Counted from the stretch's first letter, positions 1 to 8,725 are shown. The stretch is DNA of 35,867 bases from an uncultured Lachnospiraceae bacterium (GCA_902796385.1 CADBOV010000126.1:1-35867); one strand, 5' to 3'. The notes: a model not told the origin generated them from the sequence alone. A program made the numbers and translations.

Positions 1-3000
1 GTGAAAGAAGACTCTGGAACTGTGCCACCATGATCAGATAGATCAGCACAACTGCCAGAAGCATCATCAGAAGGACCTGACTCATCGCGTCGTTGATTGC
101 TTCATTTTCACCACCGATCTTGATGGTATATCCTTCCGGAACATCGATATTCTTCATTGCCTTTTCTACATCATTTCCGACCAGACCTACATTGTAACCT
201 TCTGCTACGGATGCGCTGATGTTGATGTAGCGGGTCTGCGACTCGCGGTTGATACTGGACAGCTCCTCACGCTGACTGATGGTAGCGATCCTTGTCAGCG
301 GGATCTCCTCCTCTTCTCCGGTCTTCTGATCCTTATAGGTAAATGTAAGCTTATTCAGATCCTCTACCGTCATGGATGCCTGTTCGGCAGAATTTACATA
401 TACATCATAATCCTTGGTTGCCGTAGCAAGCTTCATGGATGAGGAAGTTTCGGCTGTCTTCTTGTAAATGATCTGGAAAACCTGCGCAACGGTCATGCCG
501 TACTTTGCAGCCTTCTCCTTATCGACAGAAATCACAACCTCCTGCTCCATATTTTTCAGGCCGTTTTTGACCTTCTCAACTCCGTTAATGCTCTCCAGTT
601 CTTCCCCTACTTTTCTTGCCAGATCCTGCAGAACCTTAAGATCACGCCCCCTTACCTGAATGGAAATGCCCGAGCCGTAAAGCGCGCTCATATCCATCAT
701 TGATGTATTGACTGTCACTACACAGTTCAGATCCTTAGCGGCATTATTGATCTTATCCGTCATCTCCTGATTGGATGCGGTAGCCGTTTCCTTCAGAAGA
801 ATGTACATGGTAACCGATGTGGAGGAACCGCCGAGACTGCCTCCGCTTCCCATTCCTCCGAGACCGCCTACCACGGTTCCGGAACCAACCATGGCACCGA
901 TGGTCTCAATCTCTTCCACATCCTGGAGATTCTTCATCAGCTGGTCGGAGTAACCGGTCATCTCCTCAAATTCACGGGTCTCACCCTCCGGAGCGGAAAG
1001 CTGTACCGTGATCTGTGTGGAGGTCATTTCCGGCATAAATGCAGTACCGTTCCTCAAGGAAAGATAGACACTGAGAACAAGGAGTCCCACTGCCAGAAGG
1101 AACACGATCGCCTTAAACTTCATGGCCTTCCGCAGGAATCGTCCGTATACATTCAGGAACTTATCATATAATCCGTGGCGAACCTCCTTCGGCCGCTTCA
1201 GCACGCCCTGTGCCATCGCCGGCACCAGCGTAAGCGCAACCGCAAGACTGGCGCCCAGTGTATAAAGGATCGTAAGACCCATATCCACAAACAGCTGCCG
1301 CGTGATACCCTCCGTGAAAATGATCGGCGCGAATACGCAGACCGTAGTCAGCGTGGAGGATGTAATAGCCGCCGCAACCTGACCTGCACCGTTTACGCAG
1401 GCCTTCTTGATCGACATGCCCTTGCTGTGCAGACGGTAGATATTCTCGATAACTACGATGGAGTTATCCACCAGCATACCGATACCCAGTGCCAGACCGG
1501 ACATGGAAATGATATTCAGTGAAATATTCGAGAAGTACATCAGTACAATGGCAAATACCACGGAAAGCGGGATCGCACATGCAATGATCAGCGTCGGTCT
1601 GAAATCCTTCAGGAAAATGATAAGCACCAGGATGGCGAGTACCGCACCCAGAAGCATGTTCTGAAGGATTGATTTTACGATCATGTCAATGTAAACGCCC
1701 TGGTTCATCAGAGCAGAGAAATAAATCTTCTCATCCTCTGTCTTTTCCAGACTCTTGAATTTCTCCAGGATCAGATCCGTAACATCACCGGTGGCATAAC
1801 CGGTCTGCTTTTCAAAAGAAAGAAGTACTGCCGGCTTTCCGTCGATCCGGGCATAGGAAGAATCCGAATTATCCGTTACTTCCACATCTGCCACATCCGA
1901 CAGATATACCTTTCCGATGGAATTCATCCCCAGGTCGATCAGGACCAGATTCTGAAGGTCCTCTACCGTAGTAATGGAATCTCCGACCTTGATCAGGTAA
2001 TTCCCGTCCTCTTCCTTAAGGTAGCCTGCCGGCATGTCGAAGTTCTGTGCCACCAGCAGCTGACGGATCACATCAGCGGAAAGCACGTTATTGATATCCG
2101 CCTTGGACTCTGCCTCGGACTTTGTGGATGCCATCGTATCTTCCGCATTTTTCAGTGCTGCCGAACCGGAGATCAGCTGCATGGATGCATCACTGATCTG
2201 AAGCGTTCCCAGGATCTCATTTTTGTTTAATTCCGTAAGGGCCTGATCGATGGTCGCCTTTCCTGCTTCCACCTGTTCCTTTGCAGTCTCAATGGTTGCG
2301 ATTCCGGTCTTCACCTGGGTCTTTGCCTGGCCCAGCGCCTGAAGCGCTGCGGGAATGTCGTCAACGGAATTCATCTTGACCCCGTACTGGGACAGAGAAA
2401 GTGTCTGTCCGACGGTCTTGATCTGTGCGTTAATCTCATCCAGCTGTGTCTGGAGTGCAGTTCTCTGGGCTTCTGCCGCTGCGATCTGTGCAGCCAGCTC
2501 CGCCATCTTCTTATTATACTGTGCACGGGTCATTCCCGTGGCTTCCTTCAGCTGATCATCCGGAAGAGCTCCGACCTTCTTCAGATCCTCCTCCAGTTTT
2601 TTCATCTCGGCGATGCCGTCATCCAGTTTTTTGATCCCGTCCTGCAGTTTCTTTACGTTATCTGCCAGCTCGGTAAGGGTAGTGATGGCGGAATCCAGGC
2701 CCTGCTCCGTTGCCTGCAGATCCACCAGCTGACGATCCAGATCCGCAGCCGTTGTGTACAGCTGGATCTTCCGGGTGTTCAGTGCAGTTTCTCCCTCGCT
2801 GATCTTGTTTGCCAGTTCGGCCTTTCCGCTTTCCAGCTTGGCCTGGCCGCTTTCGATCTCACTTTTATTCTTGTCGATCTCATCCTCGGCATCCTTGAAC
2901 TGCCCGCGGATCTCCTTCATTACCTTTTCGTTCAGCGCATCGATCTTATCCTGATTCAGGGTAACCTGGATCGTTTCCTCGATACCGCCGGATGCATTTA

Positions 3001-3517
3001 CGGAAGCCACACCTTCAATACTCTCCAGCTGCGGAACGATACTGTTCTCTACATAGGTAGAAACCTTTGTGGGTTCCATATCCTCTACACCGATGGCTGC
3101 AACCATAATGGGCAGCATATCCGGATTGATCTGCATGATCATCGGTGTGCCGATGGAATCCGCAAAGGAACCTGCCACCTGATCCAGCTTCTGCTGTATC
3201 TCGATCATGGTGGAATCCATATTTGCAGTCTGCTCATATTCCAGAACCACCATGGAAACACTGTTCCTGGATACGGATTGCAGTGTTTTCAGATTCGATG
3301 TGGTAGCCAGTGAGGATTCCAGTTTCGCCGTAACATCCGACTCCACTTCCTCCGGGCTTGCTCCCGGATCCGTTGTAATTATGATAACATACGGAAAACT
3401 CATATTCGGAAGCAGATCCGCCGTCATCTTTGTGTACGCCACATATCCCAGGACGAGAATCATAACGACTCCCACCAAAACCGTATATGGACGCTTTACA
3501 CTGAATTTTGAAAGCAT
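1..3517 (-). CDS. AcrB/AcrD/AcrF-family (RND) efflux permease, 3' end outside the window
   Basis: Not in the ORF track because it runs off the edge. Read manually: ATG at 3517 gives MLSKFSVKRPYTVLVGVVMILVLGYVAYTKMTADLLPNMSFPYVIIITTDPGASPEEVESDVT, a typical AcrB N-terminus. The same frame gives ...GMLVDNSIVVIENI... near 1450-1480 and QVLLMMLLAVVLIYLIMVAQFQSLLS at the left edge. GAGGGA RBS upstream. Confidence 0.93.
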   Translation of the reverse strand, partial: MLSKFSVKRPYTVLVGVVMILVLGYVAYTKMTADLLPNMSFPYVIIITTDPGASPEEVESDVTAKLESSLATTSNLKTLQSVSRNSVSMVVLEYEQTANMDSTMIEIQQKLDQVAGSFADSIGTPMIMQINPDMLPIMVAAIGVEDMEPTKVSTYVENSIVPQLESIEGVASVNASGGIEETIQVTLNQDKIDALNEKVMKEIRGQFKDAEDEIDKNKSEIESGQAKLESGKAELANKISEGETALNTRKIQLYTTAADLDRQLVDLQATEQGLDSAITTLTELADNVKKLQDGIKKLDDGIAEMKKLEEDLKKVGALPDDQLKEATGMTRAQYNKKMAELAAQIAAAEAQRTALQTQLDEINAQIKTVGQTLSLSQYGVKMNSVDDIPAALQALGQAKTQVKTGIATIETAKEQVEAGKATIDQALTELNKNEILGTLQISDASMQLISGSAALKNAEDTMASTKSEAESKADINNVLSADVIRQLLVAQNFDMPAGYLKEEDGNYLIKVGDSITTVEDLQNLVLIDLGMNSIGKVYLSDVADVEVTDNSDSSYARIDGKPAVLLSFEKQTGYATGDVTDLILEKFKSLEKTEDEKIYFSALMNQGVYIDMIVKSILQNMLLGAVLAILVLIIFLKDFRPTLIIACAIPLSVVFAIVLMYFSNISLNIISMSGLALGIGMLVDNSIVVIENIYRLHSKGMSIKKACVNGAGQVAAAITSSTLTTVCVFAPIIFTEGITRQLFVDMGLTILYTLGASLAVALTLVPAMAQGVLKRPKEVRHGLYDKFLNVYGRFLRKAMKFKAIVFLLAVGLLVLSVYLSLRNGTAFMPEMTSTQITVQLSAPEGETREFEEMTGYSDQLMKNLQDVEEIETIGAMVGSGTVVGGLGGMGSGGSLGGSSTSVTMYILLKETATASNQEMTDKINNAAKDLNCVVTVNTSMMDMSALYGSGISIQVRGRDLKVLQDLARKVGEELESINGVEKVKNGLKNMEQEVVISVDKEKAAKYGMTVAQVFQIIYKKTAETSSSMKLATATKDYDVYVNSAEQASMTVEDLNKLTFTYKDQKTGEEEEIPLTRIATISQREELSSINRESQTRYINISASVAEGYNVGLVGNDVEKAMKNIDVPEGYTIKIGGENEAINDAMSQVLLMMLLAVVLIYLIMVAQFQSLLS

Positions 3518-3519
3518 AT

Positions 3520-3544
3520 TTAATCCCTCTCTTAATCCCTCTCT
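3520..3544. repeat. 12-bp tandem duplication covering the RBS of the RND gene
   Basis: ttaatccctctc occurs at 3520-3531 and 3532-3543 (minus strand GAGAGGGATTAA twice). Confidence 0.85.
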
Positions 3545-3675
3545 ATAAACAGAAAATATCAGAATAGATACTACAAGACTTTATTCTGTCTGTCAAATGA
3601 ACTATCCTTTACAATCCACACCAGCATAGTGTTCCGGAACCCGGATCACGCAGCCGTATCTCTCATAACAAAATC

Positions 3676-3709
3676 GACAAGACAGATGCATATCCACATC
3701 TGTCTTGTC
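3676..3709 (-). terminator. Probable intrinsic terminator after the 3746-4297 gene
   Basis: 13-bp perfect stem gacaagacagatg/catctgtcttgtc with an 8-nt loop, followed on the minus strand by GATTTTGTT (imperfect U-tract). Confidence 0.6.
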
Positions 3710-3745
3710 TCTGTCTGCCTTATTTCTTATTCCGTTTGCCGCTTA

Positions 3746-4297
3746 TCACTGGCGGTCAAAATAAGCCTTTCCGCCGTTCGGATAGAAAAATGTGCGGATG
3801 TATCCGTCGGTGGAGACTACCACAAATGCATTGTCCCGCTCCCGGTAATAAACATCATCGCCATCTTCCTTCTCCGTCTTGTGAAGACTCGACGGATCAT
3901 TTACCACTTCATTTGCACCGTCCAGATAAGCCTCCGGGGAAGGAAATCCCATTTCCTTTCCATGCTTCTGGTAATGCTGATCCCTCTGGGCCTTGGTCCG
4001 GAACCATAATTTCTCTGCATTCTTCTTCCCGGACTCCGTGTCCTTCTCCTGAGACCCCGTGTCCTTCTCCCGGGATTCCGTGTCCTTCTCCCGGGACTCC
4101 GTGTCCTTCTCCTGGGAAGAGGAGGTTCCCGGCTTGACCGGAAGCAGATCCGAATGATTTCCCGAAGAAGAACTGCCGTTTCCACCCGAAGAATCCTTGT
4201 TCTTCATACGGATCGCAACAAATATCGCACTGCATGCGATAATAAGGACGACAAAAAAGCATATGATCAGTATTATCCGTTTGTTATTTCTAAACAT
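3746..4297 (-). CDS. Membrane-anchored hypothetical protein with repeat linker and toxin/RNase-like C-terminal domain
   Basis: Basic N-terminus plus hydrophobic helix (IILIICFFVVLIIACSAIFVAI), S/G linker, four (R/Q)EKDT(E/G)S repeats, then a globular domain with QHYQKHGKEMG...YL..AN...IRTFFYP..G..YF. AAGGGG RBS. Function is inference only. Confidence 0.8.
   Translation of the reverse strand: MFRNNKRIILIICFFVVLIIACSAIFVAIRMKNKDSSGGNGSSSSGNHSDLLPVKPGTSSSQEKDTESREKDTESREKDTGSQEKDTESGKKNAEKLWFRTKAQRDQHYQKHGKEMGFPSPEAYLDGANEVVNDPSSLHKTEKEDGDDVYYRERDNAFVVVSTDGYIRTFFYPNGGKAYFDRQ
4031..4114. repeat. Intragenic 21-bp tandem repeat, 4 copies (REKDTES)
   Basis: Units ggactccgtgtccttctcctg, agaccccgtgtccttctcccg, ggattccgtgtccttctcccg, ggactccgtgtccttctcctg. 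Confidence 0.92.
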
Positions 4298-4321
4298 CTG
4301 AATTCTGTCCCCTTAGTTTCC

Positions 4322-4376
4322 GTTTCCCGGCTTCCTGTTTCCCGGTTTCCTGTTTTCAGGTTTCCTGTCTCCCGGT
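4322..4376. repeat. Intergenic 15-bp degenerate tandem repeat, about 3.6 copies
   Basis: gtttcccggcttcct / gtttcccggtttcct / gttttcaggtttcct / gtctcccggt. Confidence 0.8.
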
Positions 4377-4408
4377 CCTAATTTTGATCGTTCCTTCGAC
4401 TTCACCCT

Positions 4409-5092
4409 CTACAGATTCTTCATCATCCGGACGCAGTCAAAGGGTTCCCTGTGAATAAAATTCTTGGAATCAAGAATGTAACCGCGTGACTCATAAAAGT
4501 CCGCAAGGATTGCACGGGCCTCGATCACGATCCGGTTATATCCAAGATCCTTCGCCCACGCTTCCCCTTCCTTAAGAAGCCTTGTACCGATCCCTCTCTT
4601 CTCATACTCGGGAAGAACCACAACACGGCCCAGCATCATATATCCTTCATTGCAGGGATAGATGCGGCAGGTTGCAACCGGAAGAAAGCCATCCACCAGG
4701 ACTATATATTTTGTTTCATCATCTTCATCATGCTCATCAAATTCTGTCTGGAGATCGATCTCATAACGCTTTGCATTTGCCTGAATACGGACATAATACG
4801 CGCCCGCCTTCTGCCACAGTTCGCTTGCGCGAATCAGCTTCAGGGCCTTTGCCGGATCAATCTCTCCTTCCTCGGGTTTTCGGACGGAACGAAGCGCATC
4901 CGGATCACAGGCTCCGATCTCTTTAAAATTCATCTTTGCGACTTTCAGGCTGATATGATTGGCTCCAAAGGCGATATTCGGTGCCTCCAGGGCTTTCGGA
5001 TCGTCCTCCCAGAAACAGACCGGGCAGATCTCATACTGTCCGGACGGTTCCTCCAGCGTGTAGTATGAGCAACAAGGACATTTGTACTTCAT
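4409..5092 (-). CDS. CPCC cysteine-rich domain fused to a GNAT acetyltransferase
   Basis: N-terminal YKCPCC..YTL....YEICPVCFWEDD...GAN..SL..AK.NF..IGAC matches the Cys_rich_CPCC family. C-terminal LGRVVVLPEYEKRGIGTRLL (GNAT motif A) and FYESRGY. GGAGG RBS. Confidence 0.88.
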   Translation of the reverse strand: MKYKCPCCSYYTLEEPSGQYEICPVCFWEDDPKALEAPNIAFGANHISLKVAKMNFKEIGACDPDALRSVRKPEEGEIDPAKALKLIRASELWQKAGAYYVRIQANAKRYEIDLQTEFDEHDEDDETKYIVLVDGFLPVATCRIYPCNEGYMMLGRVVVLPEYEKRGIGTRLLKEGEAWAKDLGYNRIVIEARAILADFYESRGYILDSKNFIHREPFDCVRMMKNL

Positions 5093-5113
5093 AACTCCTC
5101 CAATACTCCGCCG

Positions 5114-6145
5114 TCAGTTCAGTATCTCATCCCTGATTGATTCATAATATTTATCGATCAGACCGAAATCCTTTTCATGATAATTCCAGATCGCGCGACC
5201 GATCCCGTGTTTATCAAAAACGCCGTGAATATCATGGAACCAGCGAAGCGTGCTGTCCATGGGCGCTATCTCGATCACACCGTACTCCCCGCAATAAAGC
5301 GGAACATCATATTTCTCTGCCGCCTCGATGGCCGGGATCAGCAGATCCTCAAAATACTCCGGGCCGATGGAGGTGGCTTTTGTGCTGAAGAGCGCTCCCA
5401 CCAGCTCACTGGCGTATTTCTGACTGTCATTCCTGTATTTCTCCATGGTATCCGGATATCCGATCCTGTAATCGGCCGGCATACCGTCGATCCAGTAAGC
5501 TCCCTGATGTGTGAAAATGATGGGCTCATAGCAATGGAAATTATAAACGATCTTGTCATCCTTCGGCGGATCAAGAAGCTTTACGGATGTGATGGCATTG
5601 TAGCAGACACCGCCTACCACGATCCAGGAATCCGGTGCGTCCTTCCGGATCACGTCAATGGTCTTCGAAACCACCTTATTCCATGCCTCAGCCACACCCA
5701 TCAGAACCACTTCATTCAGAAGCTCCAGCGCAACCGTGTCCGGATCCCGGCCAAATGTCTGGGCAACCCTGGACCAGAGTGTAAAGAATCTCTCCTGGAG
5801 CGCATCATCATAAAAGAATTTCTCCCGATCCATTTCCTTCTTCAAAGGATCAAAGGAATATCCAAACACTTCATGCACATCGATGATCATCCGGAGCCCG
5901 TACTCATGGCACCACTGCCGTGCCTGCTCCAGAATCTCGAATCCCAGAGGATTCCGGTTTCCTTCCTCATCCTCCAGCAGAACATAATCTACCGGGATCC
6001 GGACATGGTCAAAGCCCATCCCCTTGATCCGTTCAAAATCACTCTTCGTGATAAATGTACGGAAATGTTCCTCATCATATTTTGCAAACTGGGAGATCCA
6101 TCCACCCAGATTAACACCTTTTACAAAACCATCCCACTTCTTCAT
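5114..6145 (-). CDS. Glycoside hydrolase family 5, cytoplasmic CelC-like endoglucanase/cellodextrinase (copy 1)
   Basis: GVNLGGWISQ, DHVRIPVDY, LELLNEV (acid/base), NFHCYEP, YCGEYG (nucleophile), WNY. No signal peptide. Start moved to the ATG at 6145, which follows an AAGGAG RBS. Confidence 0.93.
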   Translation of the reverse strand: MKKWDGFVKGVNLGGWISQFAKYDEEHFRTFITKSDFERIKGMGFDHVRIPVDYVLLEDEEGNRNPLGFEILEQARQWCHEYGLRMIIDVHEVFGYSFDPLKKEMDREKFFYDDALQERFFTLWSRVAQTFGRDPDTVALELLNEVVLMGVAEAWNKVVSKTIDVIRKDAPDSWIVVGGVCYNAITSVKLLDPPKDDKIVYNFHCYEPIIFTHQGAYWIDGMPADYRIGYPDTMEKYRNDSQKYASELVGALFSTKATSIGPEYFEDLLIPAIEAAEKYDVPLYCGEYGVIEIAPMDSTLRWFHDIHGVFDKHGIGRAIWNYHEKDFGLIDKYYESIRDEILN

Positions 6146-6311
6146 ACCTGGCTCCTTTTTATTCACGGTCCGGAACCCCGGACTCCCCTTTCATTTGTCC
6201 CCGACTTTCATTGTAACATAGTCTTGCTTTTCTACCAAACGCTTTTTCCATATGATACATATTTTTTTCCTGCTCATCTCCTGCTTAACAGAGATTTGAA
6301 ACAGCGGTCCC

Positions 6312-7106
6312 TCATGCGTAAGCCAGGATCCACTCCAGACCCCAGAGGATCATAAAATGCAGCGGATAGAAAATGTAGAAAAACCATTTATGAAATGCCT
6401 TCCTGCTTCCCGGTTCATTGTTGTAGAGAAACAGTACCGGAAGGAAGAGGAACAGCCCCAGCTGCCACATTTCCCCGTACCAATGCGCATGATTCAGCAG
6501 GCAGAATGACGTCTGCACCAAAACAAACCCGGCGGTGATCACCGAAAAGGAAATGACCTGCTTTCTCCGGTCCCCGCGATTTATCGCAAAAGCCAGCGTA
6601 TAAAGCGGTCCCACAAGTCCCCAGTCGCAGAGCATGCTGGCCGCAAGACAAAGGCCGATCAAGGTGATCCGCAGCCTTTCTCCCGGAACCAGATCGTAGA
6701 CATAGAGGATCAGAAAGGACAAAAACAGCGTTAAGATCATATTAAACTGCGGTGTGAGCAGTGCATTCTTCACACATTTCCAAAAGAAATCCCCGCCGCT
6801 TCCCAGGACTGCACCTGTAAGCGCATCCCGCTCCGGCCCGCCGTAATTCATCAGCGCGAAAGGAATCTGGGAGATCAGTCCGAAGATCAGCAGCCGCTTC
6901 CCGTAGCTTTTCTTCGAGCGGGTATGAACATATCCCTCTGCCAGAAAGAAACACATGACCGGCGCACAGAAACGTCCGATGATCCTGCATAAAAGTCCCG
7001 GAAACGTGGAAATCGGGATGAAATTCATCCCGATATGATCCACTGCCATCGCAAGGATGGCGATATATTTTATTTTATTTCTGGATAATTTACCTTCCAT
7101 TTCCAT
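6312..7106 (-). CDS. TraX-family membrane protein (putative acyltransferase)
   Basis: IKYIAILAMAVDHIG, IIGRFCAP..CFFLAEGY.HTRS.K.Y..RL..F..ISQIPF, and a C-terminal KWFFYIFYPLH; several TM segments. Confidence 0.85.
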   Translation of the reverse strand: MEMEGKLSRNKIKYIAILAMAVDHIGMNFIPISTFPGLLCRIIGRFCAPVMCFFLAEGYVHTRSKKSYGKRLLIFGLISQIPFALMNYGGPERDALTGAVLGSGGDFFWKCVKNALLTPQFNMILTLFLSFLILYVYDLVPGERLRITLIGLCLAASMLCDWGLVGPLYTLAFAINRGDRRKQVISFSVITAGFVLVQTSFCLLNHAHWYGEMWQLGLFLFLPVLFLYNNEPGSRKAFHKWFFYIFYPLHFMILWGLEWILAYA

Positions 7107-7212
7107 ATCTCTTCCTTCACGAATATGGAAATATTATAGCATATCCCTATTCTTCCGCAAAGAAGAATTCTCAGGTTCTGTGCACGGTTCTTTGCGTAGC
7201 CCGGCGCGTGAC

Positions 7213-8529
7213 CTAGTGCCCGCCGGGACCGCCCATACGGCCGCCGCCCATTCCGCCACCCATGCCACCGCCCATCATCTGGCTGGTGATCTCGGTGGTC
7301 TCGGTACCGTTCACGTAAATGGTTCCTCCGGTATGTGTCAGTGTGCCGTCATAGTCGAACGGAGACTGTGCATTGATATTCAGGGTTCCGCCGGTAATGG
7401 CGAGATTTCCGTTGGAGTCGATGGCATCCGTATCTCCCTGACCCATATTGATGGTGAGGGATCCTCCGTTAATTTCAGCAGCTACCGTGTAAGAGGAGGA
7501 CTTATTTCCTGCATTGATGCCGTCATCCGTTGCATTGATCTCGATGGTTCCGTCATTCATCTGGATCCAGGTTCCCTCGATTCCTTCTGCTGCGGTAATG
7601 GAAACGGTTCCGCCGTCAAACTGTGCGATGGTTGTGGCATGGATCCCGTCATCCTGTGACTGTATATTCAGGGTTCCTCCGCAAATGTAAACCCAGCCCT
7701 GGCTGTTATCGTCATCATTTTCCGCATGGAGTCCGTCGCCGGAAGTCGTGATATTAATGGTTCCGTCTGCGATGGCGATTCCGTCATTTACTTCCAGTGC
7801 AGCGTCGGCAGCAGTGATATTAATGGTTCCGCCTGTGACCTTCATATCATCCTTGCCTGAGATTCCGTTATCCGTCGAGTTGATATTCAGGATTCCCTGT
7901 CCCGAGAGAACGATATCATCTTTGGAGAAGATCACTGCATCCGTATTTGTATCACCATCTTCCGTAAATGTACCTGTGACGGAAAGTGTGTTTTCCGTAC
8001 CGGATGATGTGGTTATGAAAACCTTGTCTGCGTTCTTTACGTAGATCGTGGGCTGACTGTCATTTGTGATACTTACACCGGATAATACCAGCTGTACCTT
8101 GTCTTCGTCCGCTGCATTTACGATGATTTCCGCATTGGATGCGGTTCCTTCGATCACATAAACTCCCTCTTCCGTAATCTCGATCGTCTGTCCGTCGCTG
8201 ACCGTACAGGTTTTGGCCTCTGACAGATCCGCTGTCTGTTCCAGGTCACGTTCCGTAAAGAGTTCCGATGCATCGATCGCTCCGGTGGAAGATACATTTG
8301 CCGAAGTAAGTGTGGCTTCACTGTTGCTTGTATGTGTGGTGGTTGAAGTTTCTTCCTTTGAATCGGATTTTGCCGATGTTGTTTGGGATGATTCAGCGCT
8401 TGCAGATACACTTGAATCTGCCTTGGAAGAAGCGGATGATCCCGTATCGTTTCCGCATGCCGCAAGAGTTCCTGCCAGTGCGATGGCTGCAATTATAGTT
8501 GTAAGATTTCTTAATCTCCTTTTACACAT
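7213..8529 (-). CDS. Cthe_2159/DUF4353-type beta-helix carbohydrate-binding lipoprotein
   Basis: Lipobox LAAC, S/T-rich linker, repeated GGTINI...D(G/A)(I/L) beta-helix rungs, DAIDSNGNL.ITGGT, and a Gly/Met-rich tail (GGGMGGGMGG). Confidence 0.88.
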   Translation of the reverse strand: MCKRRLRNLTTIIAAIALAGTLAACGNDTGSSASSKADSSVSASAESSQTTSAKSDSKEETSTTTHTSNSEATLTSANVSSTGAIDASELFTERDLEQTADLSEAKTCTVSDGQTIEITEEGVYVIEGTASNAEIIVNAADEDKVQLVLSGVSITNDSQPTIYVKNADKVFITTSSGTENTLSVTGTFTEDGDTNTDAVIFSKDDIVLSGQGILNINSTDNGISGKDDMKVTGGTINITAADAALEVNDGIAIADGTINITTSGDGLHAENDDDNSQGWVYICGGTLNIQSQDDGIHATTIAQFDGGTVSITAAEGIEGTWIQMNDGTIEINATDDGINAGNKSSSYTVAAEINGGSLTINMGQGDTDAIDSNGNLAITGGTLNINAQSPFDYDGTLTHTGGTIYVNGTETTEITSQMMGGGMGGGMGGGRMGGPGGH

Positions 8530-8607
8530 AAAATCACTCCCTTTCTATCCGGTTTTGATCCTCCGGGTGATACCCCGATCCAACACCTGTCTGCTTTGTA
8601 TGACTGT

Positions 8608-8640
8608 ACTTTAACAGGCGTAACTGAAACCGAACTGAAA
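8608..8640 (-). promoter_or_regulatory. Extended -10 promoter with an OmpR/PhoB-type direct repeat over the -35 region
   Basis: Minus strand TTTCAGTT-cgg-TTTCAGTT (plus aactgaaa at 8622-8629 and 8633-8640, 11-bp period) just upstream of TGtTAAAGT (8608-8616). Confidence 0.6.
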
Positions 8641-8725
8641 GAGAGTGATTTTTTAAAAAAAATTTTTTCTGTTTTTTTTGCTTTACTCTTTGTTTAGTTT
8701 TTTGTTTTATTTTTTGTTTTTGTAT

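Noticed and set aside
468-3548. Short plus-strand ORFs in the track
   Set aside because: All overlap the minus-strand RND gene, which the track missed because it is truncated by the window edge.
4031-4114. 21-bp repeats (also 32270-32480 and 34545-34812) as a CRISPR array
   Set aside because: Head-to-tail units with no unique spacers, in frame within proteins, and no cas genes.
5177-6355. 392-aa plus-strand ORF, and similar ones at 13936-15102 and 15739-16776
   Set aside because: Antisense to GH5, glgX and the EAL gene; I/L/H/P-rich composition typical of reverse-frame translations.
6312-7106. TraX gene as a sign of a conjugative element
   Set aside because: No relaxase, VirB4/VirD4, integrase or att-like ends; TraX-family genes are commonly chromosomal orphans in Firmicutes.
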